From the NCBI RefSeq assembly GCF_001194135.2, contig NC_068983.1, forward strand, positions 166,029,402 to 166,093,401: a stretch of 64,000 nt of DNA, in the 5' to 3' direction. Source of the stretch: Octopus bimaculoides (lineage: Eukaryota). The position numbers and the translations under genes are program-made. The notes beneath the pieces were generated by a model. That model worked only from the letters and a program-made list of their open reading frames with translations, was not told the DNA's origin and did no database searches. This document shows, in pieces, positions 38,120 to 55,500 of the stretch. Each line of letters begins with the position of its first letter. Within the stretch, counting starts at the first letter, position 1.

Positions 38120-39359
38120 TCTTGTGCATGTTCATGCACATGTGTATGTGTGTATGTATATGTGTGTGTATGTATGTGTGGGCATGCATATGTGTGAAGC
38201 ATATATTTACATCTAGACACATAGATGTGTATTTGTCCCACATAAGTGTATTCATGTGTATATGTGTAAGTGTGTGTGTGCATATATATACATGTGTGTA
38301 TGTGTGTATACATATATGTATATATATATTCCGTTACTTAAATACATATAAACATACTCACACATATGAACATATATATACTGATACATAAACCAACACA
38401 TCATACACGCAAACACACCTGAATATACACACACACTACATATATTCTAAGGAAACTTAAAACATGTATGTACAATGCTTTTTGATTTTTTTTTCTTATT
38501 TTACATACATTAACTAAATTCTTGAAGGATCACATATTATACATATGTATACATATTTCAAACATTAATTATATATAGATTATATAATATATATATATAC
38601 ACATAACTTCACATGTACCTCATTCAGGAATATGAAGTGTGGCACCAACACCTGCAGCATGCAAATTGCATATTGAATCTAACGAACATTTAGACCCTCT
38701 ATATGCACTACACTTATACACATGTATCCTGGCTGCATATGTTCATGCAACCTATATATATATAGATATATATATATATATATATATATAAACATCCAAC
38801 CTAGCATACATGCACATCCATACACACACTCATCTGTGTGCATGTGGATGTGTCTACCTATGCACACCCACACACACGTACAAACACATACATACACAAA
38901 CACTAATATGAGTATGTGTGCATGTGTATATTATACATACATAATTCAATATATTACAATTTTAGAGTTGTTTTTTTCAACAAAGCATGATGTATAGAAC
39001 TGTCGTGAGAAGGGAACAACATTCATAGAACTCTTACCAGTTAAGATGTGTTTTTATACAAGCTATAGATGCCTTTGCCTTTTCTTACACAAGAAAGTCA
39101 TAGTTTCTTCATTCTTTCTGTTTTGGGGATAGGGGCTTGTTTCTTTGTTTGAAAATAAATGTATTCCCCGTAGCAATACAATTTACAGGAAATTACATTT
39201 TGTACACCAGAAGATAAAAAAAAATTTAAGAAATCACTTGAAATTTAATGAAAAGGTAAAGCATTTCATATGTGTGTATATATTTATGTGTGTGTGTTTG
39301 TGTGTGCACATATATGTTCATGTGTGTGTATATATATGTATATACATGCATGTATGTGA

Positions 39360-39393
<34 letters not shown>

Positions 39394-39415
39394 TCATCTA
39401 TATATACATATACAT

Positions 39416-39489
<74 letters not shown>

Positions 39490-39520
39490 TGCAAACACAC
39501 ACATATACACACACACATAT
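38120..39520. repeat. Low-complexity (TA)n/(CA)n/(TATG)n microsatellite field
   Basis: Direct reading; source of the IYIY and CVCV ORFs. Confidence 0.9.
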
Positions 39521-40011
39521 TTGCTGTTTTTGATGGTTGCAAAAACTAAGATTTAGACCCTGGCGCCATTTTTGAATACAATAACAAGATAAATAAACAG
39601 GTACTCTTGTAGAAATTAACCACAGACCATTATTCTAGGCAATTCTGAGCAGCTGTTAGAACACGATTACATAAGCATAATTCTTTAGTGAGAAATGTTA
39701 ATATTGAGAAAGAGTCGGACTACGAGAATGAAAGATTTGCTTTTTTTTACTTAAAAAAAGGCATTAAAAAAAAATAATTTCACTTTGAAAATAACAGGAG
39801 AGTAAGTGATCTCCTTATCCTAAATTTTAAATATCTTTGTTAAGATTTAGTTCAAAAGATTTGAAAGTGCCTTTCTGGACTATTCTTTGTGTTTCTTTCT
39901 TTTTTTTTTCTTCTTGATTTTAGCTAGTTTATAACTAAATGGATATTTCTTTAGGGAAAAAAATGAAAATAAAAATCTTTAAAGATAAATTGACAAATAG
40001 ATGGATAGTTA

Positions 40012-40024
40012 AATTAGATTAGAT

Positions 40025-40089
<65 letters not shown>

Positions 40090-40110
40090 GAGAGAGAGAG
40101 AGAGAGAGAG
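40012..40110. repeat. Compound (TAGA)n/(CAGA)n/(GA)n microsatellite, probably in the ARHGAP39 3' UTR
   Basis: Direct reading; about 550 bp past the stop codon. Confidence 0.9.
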
Positions 40111-40651
40111 GGGAGTAAAATAATAAATCATAAATCTGGTTAAATGTTGGTGGGTCAGGGTTCAACTGAAACGACATTGAGTGGAGGTGAGCAGAGCCTG
40201 GCACCAATAACAACCTGTGCCATTGTCGAATTGCCAATAGCTGCCCTTTTTAAAAGAGATCACTGCTTAGCTATGCCAGTTAACACAATATAAAGCTTTA
40301 TCTTGGACCAAAAAAAAAAAAAGATATTAGAAATTAAAAATATGATAAAATGGAGGCTTTTGAATTTGTTAGCTAATTTCCCCTGACAAATAATGATGAT
40401 AATAATGATTAGAATAAAAATAACATAATTATTAGATGCTTAAATCTTTCCATTTTCTGAATACAAACAGATACACATCATGTGTATAATTTCAATCACA
40501 CAGACACTCTTAACAAAAAACAAAAAATAAAGTGTGTGCACATGTGTGTGTGTGTGTGTGTCTATATATATATATACATATATATATAAACAATTATATT
40601 ATTCTTAAGTGTATTGTAATGAAAGCACAAAAACTCAAATGCTGTGAGCAA

Positions 40652-40846
<195 letters not shown>

Positions 40847-41559
40847 CTAGAAACAAGCAACAACAAAAAAGGTTAATCAAAATCAATAGGGTTTTAACCC
40901 ATTTATGCTCATAAAATATTTCACTGTATTTAGATAAAACGTAATGGTAAGCTTTCATAATCTGGAAGAGTTAGGGCAGGATGCAACTGTTAGCTACGGG
41001 TGTTGACTACCTACAAAACATTTCATATGCTTAGTGAGAGGCTTCCTGGCGAGTTCATATCCAAACAAGTAGGAGCAGGTTTTGCATTGCGAAAATACAA
41101 CCAGGGGTATATATGGGTTAAGGGACCCATACAAATACATAAAAACAAATCATTGTACTCTGCTTTAAAACCCCTTATTCGCTGCCGGCATTAGTTGGAC
41201 GTAATTTGTTCGGAAGATTTCCAATGGCTGATGTCAAGAAAAGAGACAGCCCACCCCCTCAAATATGTGTGTGTGTATATACATACACACACACAAATAT
41301 GATGGACTTTTTCAGTTTCCAACTACCAAATCCACTCACAAGGCTTTGGTTGGCCCCTGATATAATAGAAAATATTTGCCCAAGGTGTCATGCAGTGGAA
41401 CTGAACTCAAAACTATGTGGTTGGGAAGCAAACTTCTTAACCACACAGCCATGGCACATCACAAATAAAAAAAAACTAACCCTAAAAACTCTACAGAATT
41501 GGAATAGAAAAGTCATTTGATTATTTATTTCCAAGAGGTATGATTCATAAAATTTCTCA

Positions 41560-41976
<417 letters not shown>

Positions 41977-42983
41977 TTAATTTTCAGTTTAAAAATTTAG
42001 AAAAATATATATATTCAAATACATAGTTTCACCAAATTCCAAACTACTCAGGCAAACATAAAAAAAAAGTGCTGCCCTAATGGATCCGTTTCATTAACCC
42101 TTTTGATACCAATTTACTTGGGACCGGCCCTGCTTTGATCACTTCAGCTTCATGTTATAAAGAAATTAAAATCAAAACCTTCCATTAAAATTTCATGTTA
42201 ATTTGTTCCAAACATTACCTTAAATACTGGCAAAAGGTATTTTATTGAACTCTTCACTATTTTCAAAATTAATTGAAACAAAAGCAGCTTATTTCAACAG
42301 GGAGTATGATAACAAAAAAAGTTAAAAGATGGCTGATTAAGTCCATTTGAGGGCTAGAAAGTTGGTGTATGATGACTTTATGATACAAGAAGCTGTTGCA
42401 GATCCATTAGTAGAGATTACAAATGATTAGTGGACTTTGCGATGGAATGAAGAAGGCAGACGTTCACATGTGAGTGAAGGCAGAATGTAAAATCTTCTTC
42501 CAAGATGATCATCTGTTGCCAATTTGAACTCCTAATAGGTGAGCAGATGGTCTAAAATGCTTATCTGATTTGCTGTTTCCCCATTTGGGTGCAAAGGAAT
42601 ATGGTCTAGTGGCAAGGGTGCTGACCCCGCCATCATAAGGCCAGGATTTCAATTCATTATTTGAGCAGTACATTGTCTCCTTGGGCAAGGCACAGCATTT
42701 CACTATGTTCTAGTCTGCTCAGTTGTAAAAAATGAGTACGGCCCCTCTTTTTGCCCCCAGTTTTCACGTTCTCAATGTTTAACTAGATCAGGGGGTTGTC
42801 TATGCTTTCTGACAACCACAGAGAGATCTAGAACAACAGAAGATGTTATAACCAGGTCCATATTTATTTGGAGCAACAGCTATTTCACATTTATGTTAAA
42901 CTAATCAAATGAGAGTTAATGATTAAATAAAATAAAGAAAAAAAACCCCAAAACGTGAAGAGTGGAAAGCTTGGGAGTATTCA

Positions 42984-43145
<162 letters not shown>

Positions 43146-44082
43146 CTAAATTCCAAGGAGAAAAGGATAAATATATTTTATAAATCAAAAGGATTATCTT
43201 GTTCTTGATTTTAATCAGAATGCCAAGAAATTAGTACACAACATCATTTAACGTCTGGCTTCTAAGTTGGGATGTGTTGGACAAATTGGAGGACTGTGCC
43301 CTGTAACAACATCAACATTGGCATAGTTTCTGTGTCTGGATGCCCTTCCTAATGCCAACCATTTTACAGAGCAGAATGGGTGCGTCTTTACATGGAATTG
43401 ACACTAGTGATGATCATCATGTAACTGTTTGGTTGTTGAGAAGATCAGCAAAAAAAGTACTAAATCCAGTGAGAGATAAGTATCATTTAATGAATACAGG
43501 AGCTATCCATGATCTACTTCAAGTTTCATGCTAGAATAGAACACTAATTAAGATGGCTTTCAATAATGTACTGTGCACAATATGGCAATCATTTAAATGT
43601 GATGAAGAATATAATTGGTTGGTTGCATTCTTGAGGAAGCCAGATCTTTGGCATGCAAAAACTGCATTGTGATGGACACCAACAGAAAGTAACGTGTGAA
43701 AGATCACAGGTCTTGCAGCATGATAGAAACTTCCAAGAGGACCTGAAGGTAATCAACAGAAGACATAAGGAAAACATGCAAGAGCAATGCCCGGGGGGGG
43801 GGGGATGCCTGATGTGGAAACTTGCGTTGGATGATCCAAATCACACAAGCTTAAATGTTCAATTACAAGCATATCCAACATAAACAAAATAGCAGCACAT
43901 GGTACACACATTATGTAGAGGACTTTCAATGCAATATAAAATACAAAACAAACTATTATACAAGGGACATGGAGCTACGCTCAACTGAGCAGAGAAAGAA
44001 TGCAAGGAAAACAAACTAAACAAATAACAGCAACAATAATAATAATAATAATAATAATAGTAATAAAACAATAAAGTCAAAC

Positions 44083-44196
44083 CTTAGATTGTTCAATTTC
44101 TTCAAGGGCAGGCTTACGAACTCCTTTCTTCGCACCAGTCTGCAGTGCTCGTTCTAAACGGCGTTGGCAATGACTAGCAAAATGACTCACAGGCAC
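44083..44196 (-). CDS. ARHGAP39: ARHGAP39 exon, VPVSHFASHCQRRLERALQTGAKKGVRKPALEEIEQSK, phase 0 to 0
   Basis: Acceptor aacaatttag and donor gtttga; TGAKKG-x-RKP-xx-EEI motif. Confidence 0.9.
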
Positions 44197-44270
44197 CTAA
44201 ATTGTTAATTACGAATATATGTATATTAGAGAGAGAGAGAGAGAAAGAGTGTGTATGTATACACACACAC

Positions 44271-44332
<62 letters not shown>

Positions 44333-45786
44333 NNNNNNNNNNNNNNNNNNNNNNNNNNNNNNNNNNNNNNNNNNNNNNNNNNNNNNNNNNNNNNNNNNNN
44401 NNNNNNNNNNNNNNNNNNNNNNNNNNNNNNNNNNNNNNNNNNNNNNNNNNNNNNNNNNNNNNNNNNNNNNNNNNNNNNNNNNNNNNNNNNNNNNNNNNNN
44501 NNNNNNNNNNNNNNNNNNNNNNNNNNNNNNNNNNNNNNNNNNNNNNNNNNNNNNNNNNNNNNNNNNNNNNNNNNNNNNNNNNNNNNNNNNNNNNNNNNNN
44601 NNNNNNNNNNNNNNNNNNNNNNNNNNNNNNNNNNNNNNNNNNNNNNNNNNNNNNNNNNNNNNNNNNNNNNNNNNNNNNNNNNNNNNNNNNNNNNNNNNNN
44701 NNNNNNNNNNNNNNNNNNNNNNNNNNNNNNNNNNNNNNNNNNNNNNNNNNNNNNNNNNNNNNNNNNNNNNNNNNNNNNNNNNNNNNNNNNNNNNNNNNNN
44801 NNNNNNNNNNNNNNNNNNNNNNNNNNNNNNNNNNNNNNNNNNNNNNNNNNNNNNNNNNNNNNNNNNNNNNNNNNNNNNNNNNNNNNNNNNNNNNNNNNNN
44901 NNNNNNNNNNNNNNNNNNNNNNNNNNNNNNNNNNNNNNNNNNNNNNNNNNNNNNNNNNNNNNNNNNNNNNNNNNNNNNNNNNNNNNNNNNNNNNNNNNNN
45001 NNNNNNNNNNNNNNNNNNNNNNNNNNNNNNNNNNNNNNNNNNNNNNNNNNNNNNNNNNNNNNNNNNNNNNNNNNNNNNNNNNNNNNNNNNNNNNNNNNNN
45101 NNNNNNNNNNNNNNNNNNNNNNNNNNNNNNNNNNNNNNNNNNNNNNNNNNNNNNNNNNNNNNNNNNNNNNNNNNNNNNNNNNNNNNNNNNNNNNNNNNNN
45201 NNNNNNNNNNNNNNNNNNNNNATATATCATATTATATATATTATATTATATTATTAAGGTGGCTATTTGCAATTTACATCCAAAAGGCAACCAGTATAGT
45301 TGCCACTAAAGTATAATATATAGTCACCATCATTGTTTTAACATCTACTTTTCCATGCTTGAATTGGCCACATGGAATACACTGAGGTTGAATTTCTATG
45401 GCCAAATGCTCTTCTTGTTGCCAACCTTCACCTGTTTCCAGGTAAGGTAAAATTTCTTCAAGGTTGGACATGTTTTTATATTATATTTCTCTTTGTAGTT
45501 GCATCACAAAATTCTTAATGTAAAGCCATTTGTTAAAGCAGACATTGTACATTGGGAAGTCAGTTTGTCAATAAAACCCATGCATTGATTGTAATTCACT
45601 TCTTTAATAATTGAAGTGAATGCATCAATGTATGTGTAACTGTCATTTGGGTGGTACATTGTCTTTATAGTGGTGAGCATCTCTCACAATGTTTGTGTCT
45701 GTATTTTTATTTTAGGTTATTTATACATTCATTGCTGTTATAGATGAAGAAGATCGGGCTGAACCAGCCATCGATTTACCATACTA

Positions 45787-46254
<468 letters not shown>

Positions 46255-47479
46255 CTAAGATCATGTTGGCTAAAACTAACTAAACAACATAAGTTGAGTG
46301 TATATACATAGATATATAATGCCTCAATAATTTATATATCTAATCCATGCTAGCATGAACATATTCACATACATATGAATGAGAAAGAGAGGAAACAAAA
46401 AGAAATGAGGGGATGGAAGGGGATAGACATAAGGGGGAATAAACTATGACGTGTCTGTGTGTAATGGTAAGCAGCAGCTTAGCCCTTCGTTACAGCAAGT
46501 TTCAGACCTTAGGGTACCCTTAATGACTCCTTGGGGGTATCCTTAAGAATTCCTTGGGTAATCATCAGTGAAAACATGCAGTGTCAGAACTACTAACCTC
46601 CCACAGGTGAATCTAATTGGATTTTTGTCCCTCCGGATATACTCTTTAACATCTTTCAGCTTTAAAAGCTGCGGTCATGCTGGAGCACCACCAACACCTG
46701 AAGTAAATGACTACTCAGCTCAGCTATCACCAACATTTTAAATATTTCTTCTATCCAGACACTAAGTCCTAATTTAATTTGATCAGAGACAGACACAGTT
46801 TATCTCTTCTTAAATTGTAAGTTTCGATTGAATATTTCAGAAAGAATTATAATCCTTTCAGTGGAGTGTGTGTATGTCTGTGTGAGAAAGAGAGTGAGAG
46901 TGAGTGTCTATGAACTCCCATAATATATCATCAGGGAGAGTTTCTTTTTTTATTCATTTTTTAAAAATATTGTTTATTTAATTTTATTTCTTTTCAAAAT
47001 TACTATTCATTTCATCACAATTTGTATAAACACCAAGAAATTTGATAAAAGTGAAGTTATAATGATTGTATGTCTGCCATATTTCCTTATATTACCCATG
47101 GTGGTGAAACTAGACTTACAAAGTTACTCCATCATGTAATGGCTAATACTCTAGTGTGTGTGTGTGTTTGAATAGCCCAGCTCTGCTATTTCAACATGTT
47201 ATATGGGTCACTATCAAGCTGGACACACACACACACACAATCAATTTATATTTGCTTATCTCTACCATTAGGGGATAAACTAAGCCAGTGCTCTAATGTC
47301 TATAATTTACTGCTGGTTTGCAACACAACCTCTTGTTTGACATTGTAAAGAGTTGCAATGTTTATGCTTTTACCAAAGATATTAGCAGGCTAAGTAAAGT
47401 GATAACAAGCTAAACTATCTTGAAATTAGTCTTGTAAAAGATCTCTAGAACTCGGTACTGCTCTGTAGCATATGAGAGA

Positions 47480-47514
<35 letters not shown>

Positions 47515-47554
47515 NNNNNNNNNNNNNNNNNNNNNNNNNNNNNNNNNNNNNNNN

Positions 47555-47613
<59 letters not shown>

Positions 47614-47804
47614 CTTTATACATAAGAATATTCTTTCAAAACTGAATCCTCCTCATTCTTCCATTACTACCCACAATAGCAAGGAAGTGCTGTGATGTTA
47701 ATTTTTCCCAAGAGTTTTAACAGAATAAATGAAATAACAACAGCAAACTGGGAACCAAAGTTAGTTTAGAGACACAACTCCCGATGAGCTAACACCTAAT
47801 AGCA

Positions 47805-49190
47805 GTGCCTGATGTTACATATTCAGGAAGAATTCAGGGTACAAGTAGGGGCTCACCAAAGATCAGACCTCAGATTCCGCTTGTTCATCATAGTCCTCCA
47901 GGCAATAACAGAGGAATTCAAGACAGGTTGCCCCTGGGAGCTCCTCTATGCTGATGACCTTGCTCTAATAGCTGAATCACTACCTGAACTAGAGAAGAAG
48001 TTTAAGGTATGGAAGCAAGGTCTAGAATCAAAGGGCTTTAGAGTATAAGCACAATTCACTGCTAGTTTGCAACACAATCTATTAAGGGGTATTAACCCCT
48101 TGTTTGACATTGTAAGGAGTGGAAGAGTGGATGAGATTAAGTGTTGCAATGAGATTAAAAGTTGAAAAGTCTTAGTAAGTAGGAAAATAGACAAATCACA
48201 AACCCCCTCAGACAGATGGCTCTGCTTGATCTGTAGGAAAGGTGTAGGTAGAAGTTTCATAAGATGTACCTGGTGCAAGCTATGGACACATAAGTGGTGC
48301 AGCAATATCAGAGGAAGGTTTACCGGGAACAGCCATGTTAAATGGCAGTGAAACATAGGTTGTGACTGCCGAGGACATGTGTAGGCTTGAAAGAAATGAA
48401 GCCAGTATGCTTCGCTGGATGTGCAACGTCAGTGTGCATACATGACAGAGTGTAAACATCTTGAGAGAAAAGTTGGACATAAGAGGCATCAGATGTGGTG
48501 TGCAAGAGAGACAACTGTGTTGGTGTGGTCATGTGATGCATATGAATGAGGACAGCTGTGTAAAGAAGTGCCACTCTCTAACTGTGGAGGGAACCTGTGG
48601 AAGAGGTAGACCCAGGAAGACATGGGACAAGGTGGTAAAGCATGATCTTCAAATGTTGGACCTTAGAGAGGCAATGGTTAGTGACCGAGACCTTTGGCAA
48701 TATGCCATGCTTGAGAAGACCCATCAAGCCAAGTGAAATTATAGCTGTGGTTGTTGTCAGCGTCGTGCAACTGGCACCTGTGCCGGTGGCACGTAAAAAG
48801 CACCTTTTGAGCTTTGGGCCTCACAGAGGCAATGTGGCCAACGCTGGTGCTGTGTAACTAGCACCAGTGCCAGTGGAATGTAAAAAGTACCTTCCGAACA
48901 ATGGGCCTCATGGAGGCAATGACAAATGACATGCTTGAGACGAAGACCCATCAAACCAAGTGAAGTCATAGTCGTGGCAGGTATTGGTGTCATGCAAACT
49001 GACCCCCATGCTGGTGGCACATAAAAGCACTCATTACACTCTCGGAGTGGTTGGCATGAGGAAAGGCATCCAGCCATAGAAACCATGCCAAATCAGACTG
49101 GAGTCTGGTGCAGCCCCTCAGCTTACCAGCTGGGGTCAAACCATCCAACCAATGCCAGCTGGGACAACAGATACTAAATGATGACGAGTA
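47805..49190 (+). mobile_element. 5'-truncated, decayed RTE-clade LINE (RT domain, C-terminus, 3' UTR)
   Basis: LLYADDLALIAES, GLESKGFRV, WCGHVMHM and RGRPRKTW, followed by the shared 3' tail. Confidence 0.88.
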
Positions 49191-49394
49191 GGGCTAATAG
49201 TGGTGGGGCTTCCCTACTAATGTATCCCTCCAGAAAGCTGGGTACCATTTTTGATATCCCAATCAACTGAGCTGATGCAGAGTAAAGTGCAGTGCACAGG
49301 AACAATAAAAAACCTGAGGCAAACTTGAACTCATGACCTTTAAACAAGTAAGTAGTTCAATACGTTATCAACATTTTTATAGTTATCCTCTACT

Positions 49395-49760
49395 GTGGGG
49401 TAAGAAGCTTGCTTCTCAACCACATGGTTCCGGGTTCAGTCCCATTGCATGGCACCTTGGGCAAGTATCTTCTACTATAACCTCAGGCCAATCAAAACCT
49501 TGTGAGTGGATTTGGTAAACGGAAACTGAAAGAAGCCCGTCGTATATATATGTCTATATTTCTTTGTGTGTTTGTGTTTGTTCCCCCCACCATCACTCAA
49601 CAACCAATGTTGATGTGTTTATATCCCCGTATAACCATAGCGGTTGGGCAAAATAGACCAATTGAATAAGTACAAAGAATAAGCCCTAGGTCAATTAGTT
49701 CGACTAAAGGCAGTGCTCCAGCATGGTCACGGTCAAATGAGTGAATCAAATAAAAAAAAT
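49395..49760 (+). mobile_element. tRNA-derived SINE with a MetaSINE-like central domain (partial copies near 1-90, 3800-4005, 9850-9995, 41300-41460 and 57750-57910)
   Basis: B-box-like GGTTCAGTCCC, then CCTTGTGAGTGGATTTGGTAAACGGAAACTGAAAGAAGCCCGTCG, and an A-rich tail. Confidence 0.7.
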
Positions 49761-50244
49761 AAAGATAGTTGCCGAAGCATATTGCAGCTCAGTTTGTTAA
49801 ACTGGACTGTTTCTCTGATTTATTCAGGAAGAGATTACTGATAACTTGTAGAATGTGTAGCTTTGTTGAGTGGAGACGTTGGGTGGGGACCAGTGCTAAC
49901 AACGTGTACAAGCACACTCACATGGTCAAAACTGATTGGCCTATCTGCAGCAAGACTGAAGGTTATACAAAAGAGATTATACGGATCTTATCAGAGTGAA
50001 TTCCATTAACATTTATATGAACTTCTCTCAAGAAGTCAATAAGGAATAGACCCAGAAGAAACCTCTGACATCATTGATTCTCAGATGTTTGCTATCAATG
50101 AACCATAAAGCTCAATGTTCACAGGTGTATAGAGTATGCATAAAAGTTGGGTACACACTACATCAGCTAAATACACACCTGTAGTTCTAGAGTGAGCTGT
50201 TAAATATGTGGTTAATAAATAAATTTTAAACTAATTAATACTTA

Positions 50245-51298
<1,054 letters not shown>

Positions 51299-51371
51299 GC
51301 TTGAAGACTTCACACGCTTCTCTTTTCACGGCTTTATCGTTGGTTCTAAGCATCGGTTTCTGGATGGGATC
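51299..51371 (-). CDS. ARHGAP39: ARHGAP39 exon, DPIQKPMLRTNDKAVKREACEVFK, phase 0 to 1, ending at an AT-AC donor
   Basis: Acceptor tctttgtcag; donor ATATCCTTTG; MyTH4 motif PIxKPM. Confidence 0.9.
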
Positions 51372-51862
51372 CTGACAAAGAAGAAAGGAGAATTTCATTA
51401 ACCAGTTTGTAGTGGCAATCAGAGGAATTTCATTTAGGAAATGAAATAGCAGACAGGAAAATCTAAACAGATTTAGGTCAAATAAGAGAGAAGATAGATT
51501 TATTATTTTCATGCTGTAAGTATTAATGGTAAATAAGTTTGAAATTCCTGTCAGGAATATTATGAAAGTGGTGCACACATGCAATCTTAATTCAGTCCCG
51601 CTTTTCAGCCATCACCCCACCACATTTGTGAAGAATGGTCAAGCATGTGTGTACAATCACTGTGTAGGTCTGTTTGTGTGCATATATGCGTGTGTATAGA
51701 CGAAATCTTGGGTATGTATGTGTGCACATATTTACATAGATATTCATGGATGATAATTTGTGCAGTGTTATAAGTATGTCATCATCATCATCATCATCAT
51801 CATCAACGTTTGTTTTCCATGCTGGCATGGATTGGTATATATGCATCTGTGCATGTATGTCC

Positions 51863-51908
<46 letters not shown>

Positions 51909-54900
51909 TTGTTTAAAAGAGTTCCAACACTGTCTGTTTTTTATGTTTTATTTATATTCCTGCAGAACCAATGTGGGGTATAGAATATGGAATATACAAT
52001 ATATAATATAAAATAAAATAAAATAAAAATGGATGGCACCATGAAAGAAAGTATTGAATGTAGATGAAATATTGAGTGGTTTATTAAGTGAATAGTTTTG
52101 ATTACATTGTGTCAATGTAGGCAGACAGGTGAGACAGCACCATCATCATAATCATTCAGTGTCTGTCCTCCTTGCTGAAATGGTTTGGGCAGTTTGAGGA
52201 AATGTGACAAGATGGAGGACAGTGTCAAGCTCCAAGAATGTCTCCTCTGACACGATTTCTACCCTCGGATGCCCTTTCTAACTGCAACTGCTTTACAGAG
52301 TGTCTTGGGTGCTTTTGCATGGCACCCGTGCTAATCAGGTTGCCATGTAGCTTGCATGACTAAAAAGCCCTTTGAGTGAATGGAGCTCTGGTAGAAAGGG
52401 AAGTTGTGAGAGCTGAAAGTTTGACAGAGGGAGAGGAACAGGTTTGCTGACGTAGAGGAGGTGTGTAGCTGTCCACCATGATTGATATATGTCTATATAG
52501 GTGAATGGGAGTGATTAGAGTGAAGCTGGAAGGAAAGATGAAGATAAATGGAAATTCCTCTTGTCTCAGATCAGTCTCCCCAAGCAATATGTCAGTTTGC
52601 CATAAAAGGATTAGAAGTCAGGATTGGGAGAAGAAGAATAACAACAGGGAAAGTGATAATCTGTCAGTGAGTGTTTGTTATTGATATCTAATTTCAGTTG
52701 GTTTATCTGAAAGAGTAGAGCTCAGCAGCTCTGACTGCTAACTTAGTGATGCACAATTGATGAAGCACAAACTTAGAATGCTTCAATGACATCATGTACC
52801 ATTCAGTTAATTATCCATATCTGTCTTTATTTAAACAAGCTTTCATCTTAAGAACAGGTATAATCTAGGTCTCATTCATCCTCATAATTTAATACCCAGC
52901 TATAGACAGACAGACACGACCAGCTGTAAGCAGGCCCAAAATAAACTTACTGCATTTCAAAGTTCAAACGGACAGCTTGAGCAAACTTCAAAGTGATAAA
53001 TATTTAATTAAATTTTGCAAATTTTCAATTACTCTGTTGTATAACTGAGAGGAATTTCCAATATTAAGAACTATGAAAGAATAACAAAGCAAATAAAATT
53101 GATTATTACAAGAACGTATAACTACACACACACACACACACACACAAACTCTTGATCTGAAAATGCTTAGTGTCAGCTTGCTAGTTGGCAGTGAACCAAA
53201 CTGCAATTGCCAGCAACATAAAGGAATAGATCTAGAGATATTTTATTTGATTGTATATAATGTTGGTAATGGATTCAGAACAAAAACCAGAAAATATCAA
53301 AGCTGACACATCATTCAGATATTAAATTAGCCAGTTAACCAACGAAGTGACAGTCTCAGCAGTTTTCAACAATATTCCTCATAGAAAAGAAATGTATTTA
53401 GAAAACAGAGTTAACCTTATTTATTCTCTAGTAGCCCCACCTCATGATTTGATTTTACTTATTCAGTATAGTTTTAGGGAGGCAGACAAAGCCTTGCTTC
53501 TGGGGAATGATGAATATTTAGGAAGTATTGCGACCCTCACATCTGTCATAATGTCTTATATGGAATACACAATCATTTAGGGACATTGTAATTTAATGCT
53601 TTTGTTACCATATTTCTGTTAAAATACACTACCTTACTTTCAAAGTAACAAGGGCAACCTCAGGCAATTTGAAAAAATTAACATCCAACTCACACAAGTA
53701 ACCATTTTTAACTATTTAGTCCTCTGATAATTTCACATACCAACCATTATTTAGATGGATTAAGAAACTACCCCCGATTTTTTCCAGTCATGACCTTCAA
53801 ATATTGTACTCCTAAGTTAGTTTCTGCCCTTACAAAACTATTTAAACAAAAATGAGTTGGTTTGTTTGTAGTTACTTGAATGTTAAAAAACATTTTGTGT
53901 AACCATATTGGGATATGGTGACTAGGGCACCCAAAAATAATGTGTAGCCATGCCATAAACTGAATCCCTGTTGAGTCTACACCTTTTGCTTCTTCTTTTT
54001 CTTTGTTCTGCCCAGACAACTACATCCTTCCCACCTCTCCTACCCTTATTGATCGCTCTCTCTCTCTCTCTCTCTCTTCACTCATAGCCTTTAATCTCAC
54101 CCCTTATCACACAATCATTCATCCCACATCACTCTCCTATCTACTGTATCTTTCTATTGCTGTAAAAAAACAAAACCTGTTACTACATCTAACTACATCT
54201 ATATCATCTGACCATTTCTGTACTGCCAGTTATTACTCCCTCTCCTCTGTACTACTCATTAGTATCCATCCATTCCTTTTGTCCCCCACTCATACTTACC
54301 ACCCCACCCTTCTTCACCATTCACTATATCCAACCCCTATCTGCATCTGACCATTTTTATGCCATGTTTACATCCATCTCTCACTCTCCTCCCACATGCC
54401 ATTAACGTCATTTATCACCCACCCATCCACCCTGATTCTACCATATCCAAGCTCTCTCTTATATAGTTCTTAGACACGTTACCATGAGCGTACCTTGCCA
54501 TCATATTTACCTCTCTTTGAGCTTTACTCCACATACCTCCATTCATCAACAAATTATGCAAGGTAGCCATAAGTCTTCTTCACAAACAGTAAACCTGTTC
54601 CTCCCATCATAATCTAACCTCTCACCATCTCACTTAAAGCAGCCGGCCTATCTCCTATTCCTCCCGGTTGAAGCAGGTGATCTTGAGTTTTGCAAGTTGC
54701 ATGGTGACCTCACTTGTGTTGGTGCCATGAAAAATGCATCCAATACACTCTGTGAAAGTGGCTGGTATAAGAAGGACATCCAGACAGGTAGAAACCATGC
54801 CAAAAACTGGAGACACTGGATCTAGATGTGGTCCTCTGATCCACTGGATCTTGCCAAAACATCCAACCTATATCTGCAGGGAACACAGACATTAAACGGC

Positions 54901-55500
54901 AACAAGACAACCTATCTTCCAAAAAGAGACAAAATTATCTAGGAATGTTGATTGAATGTTTTTCTCCACCAGTTAAAAGCCATCGATGTGTTCAGGTGGA
55001 GTTAGCCATGGCTACTGAGCAGCAATGTAAGTAGATGGTGAACATCACCAAGGACTTTTCCAATCTTTGACGAAATCAATTATTGACTGAATGTCTTCAT
55101 CTCAAAAGGTGAAGAATGAAGACTTTACAGACCGTTGAACTTGTAACCTTCCACATCAAGAATCAGTACAAAGGTCTTCGAGAACCAATACCATTGATGA
55201 CTTCTTATTCTTCTGTGGTGATTACACACCAATAATACTCTATACGTAGATGTAACATCACCTGTTTAAATGTCAGCATACTGTTTGGTTGAGTTTGTTA
55301 TCAATTAAAATCTGTTAGTTAAATATCATGCCAATATATTATATACGTAGTTAATTAAACTAGCGGCTTAGTCACAAAACCATAACATTCCCCCAGATAA
55401 AAGAGACAAAGAAAAAAAAAAAAAGGATTTCACATTCAGAAACAAACAAAAAAAGAAAAGAAAAGCCAGTGTGATAAAGTAATATATTGGATTCTGTTAC

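Noticed and set aside
49395-49470. tRNA gene candidates here and at 22740, 29965 and 42590
   Set aside because: They have A/B-box-like heads but no cloverleaf, and they continue into SINE bodies.
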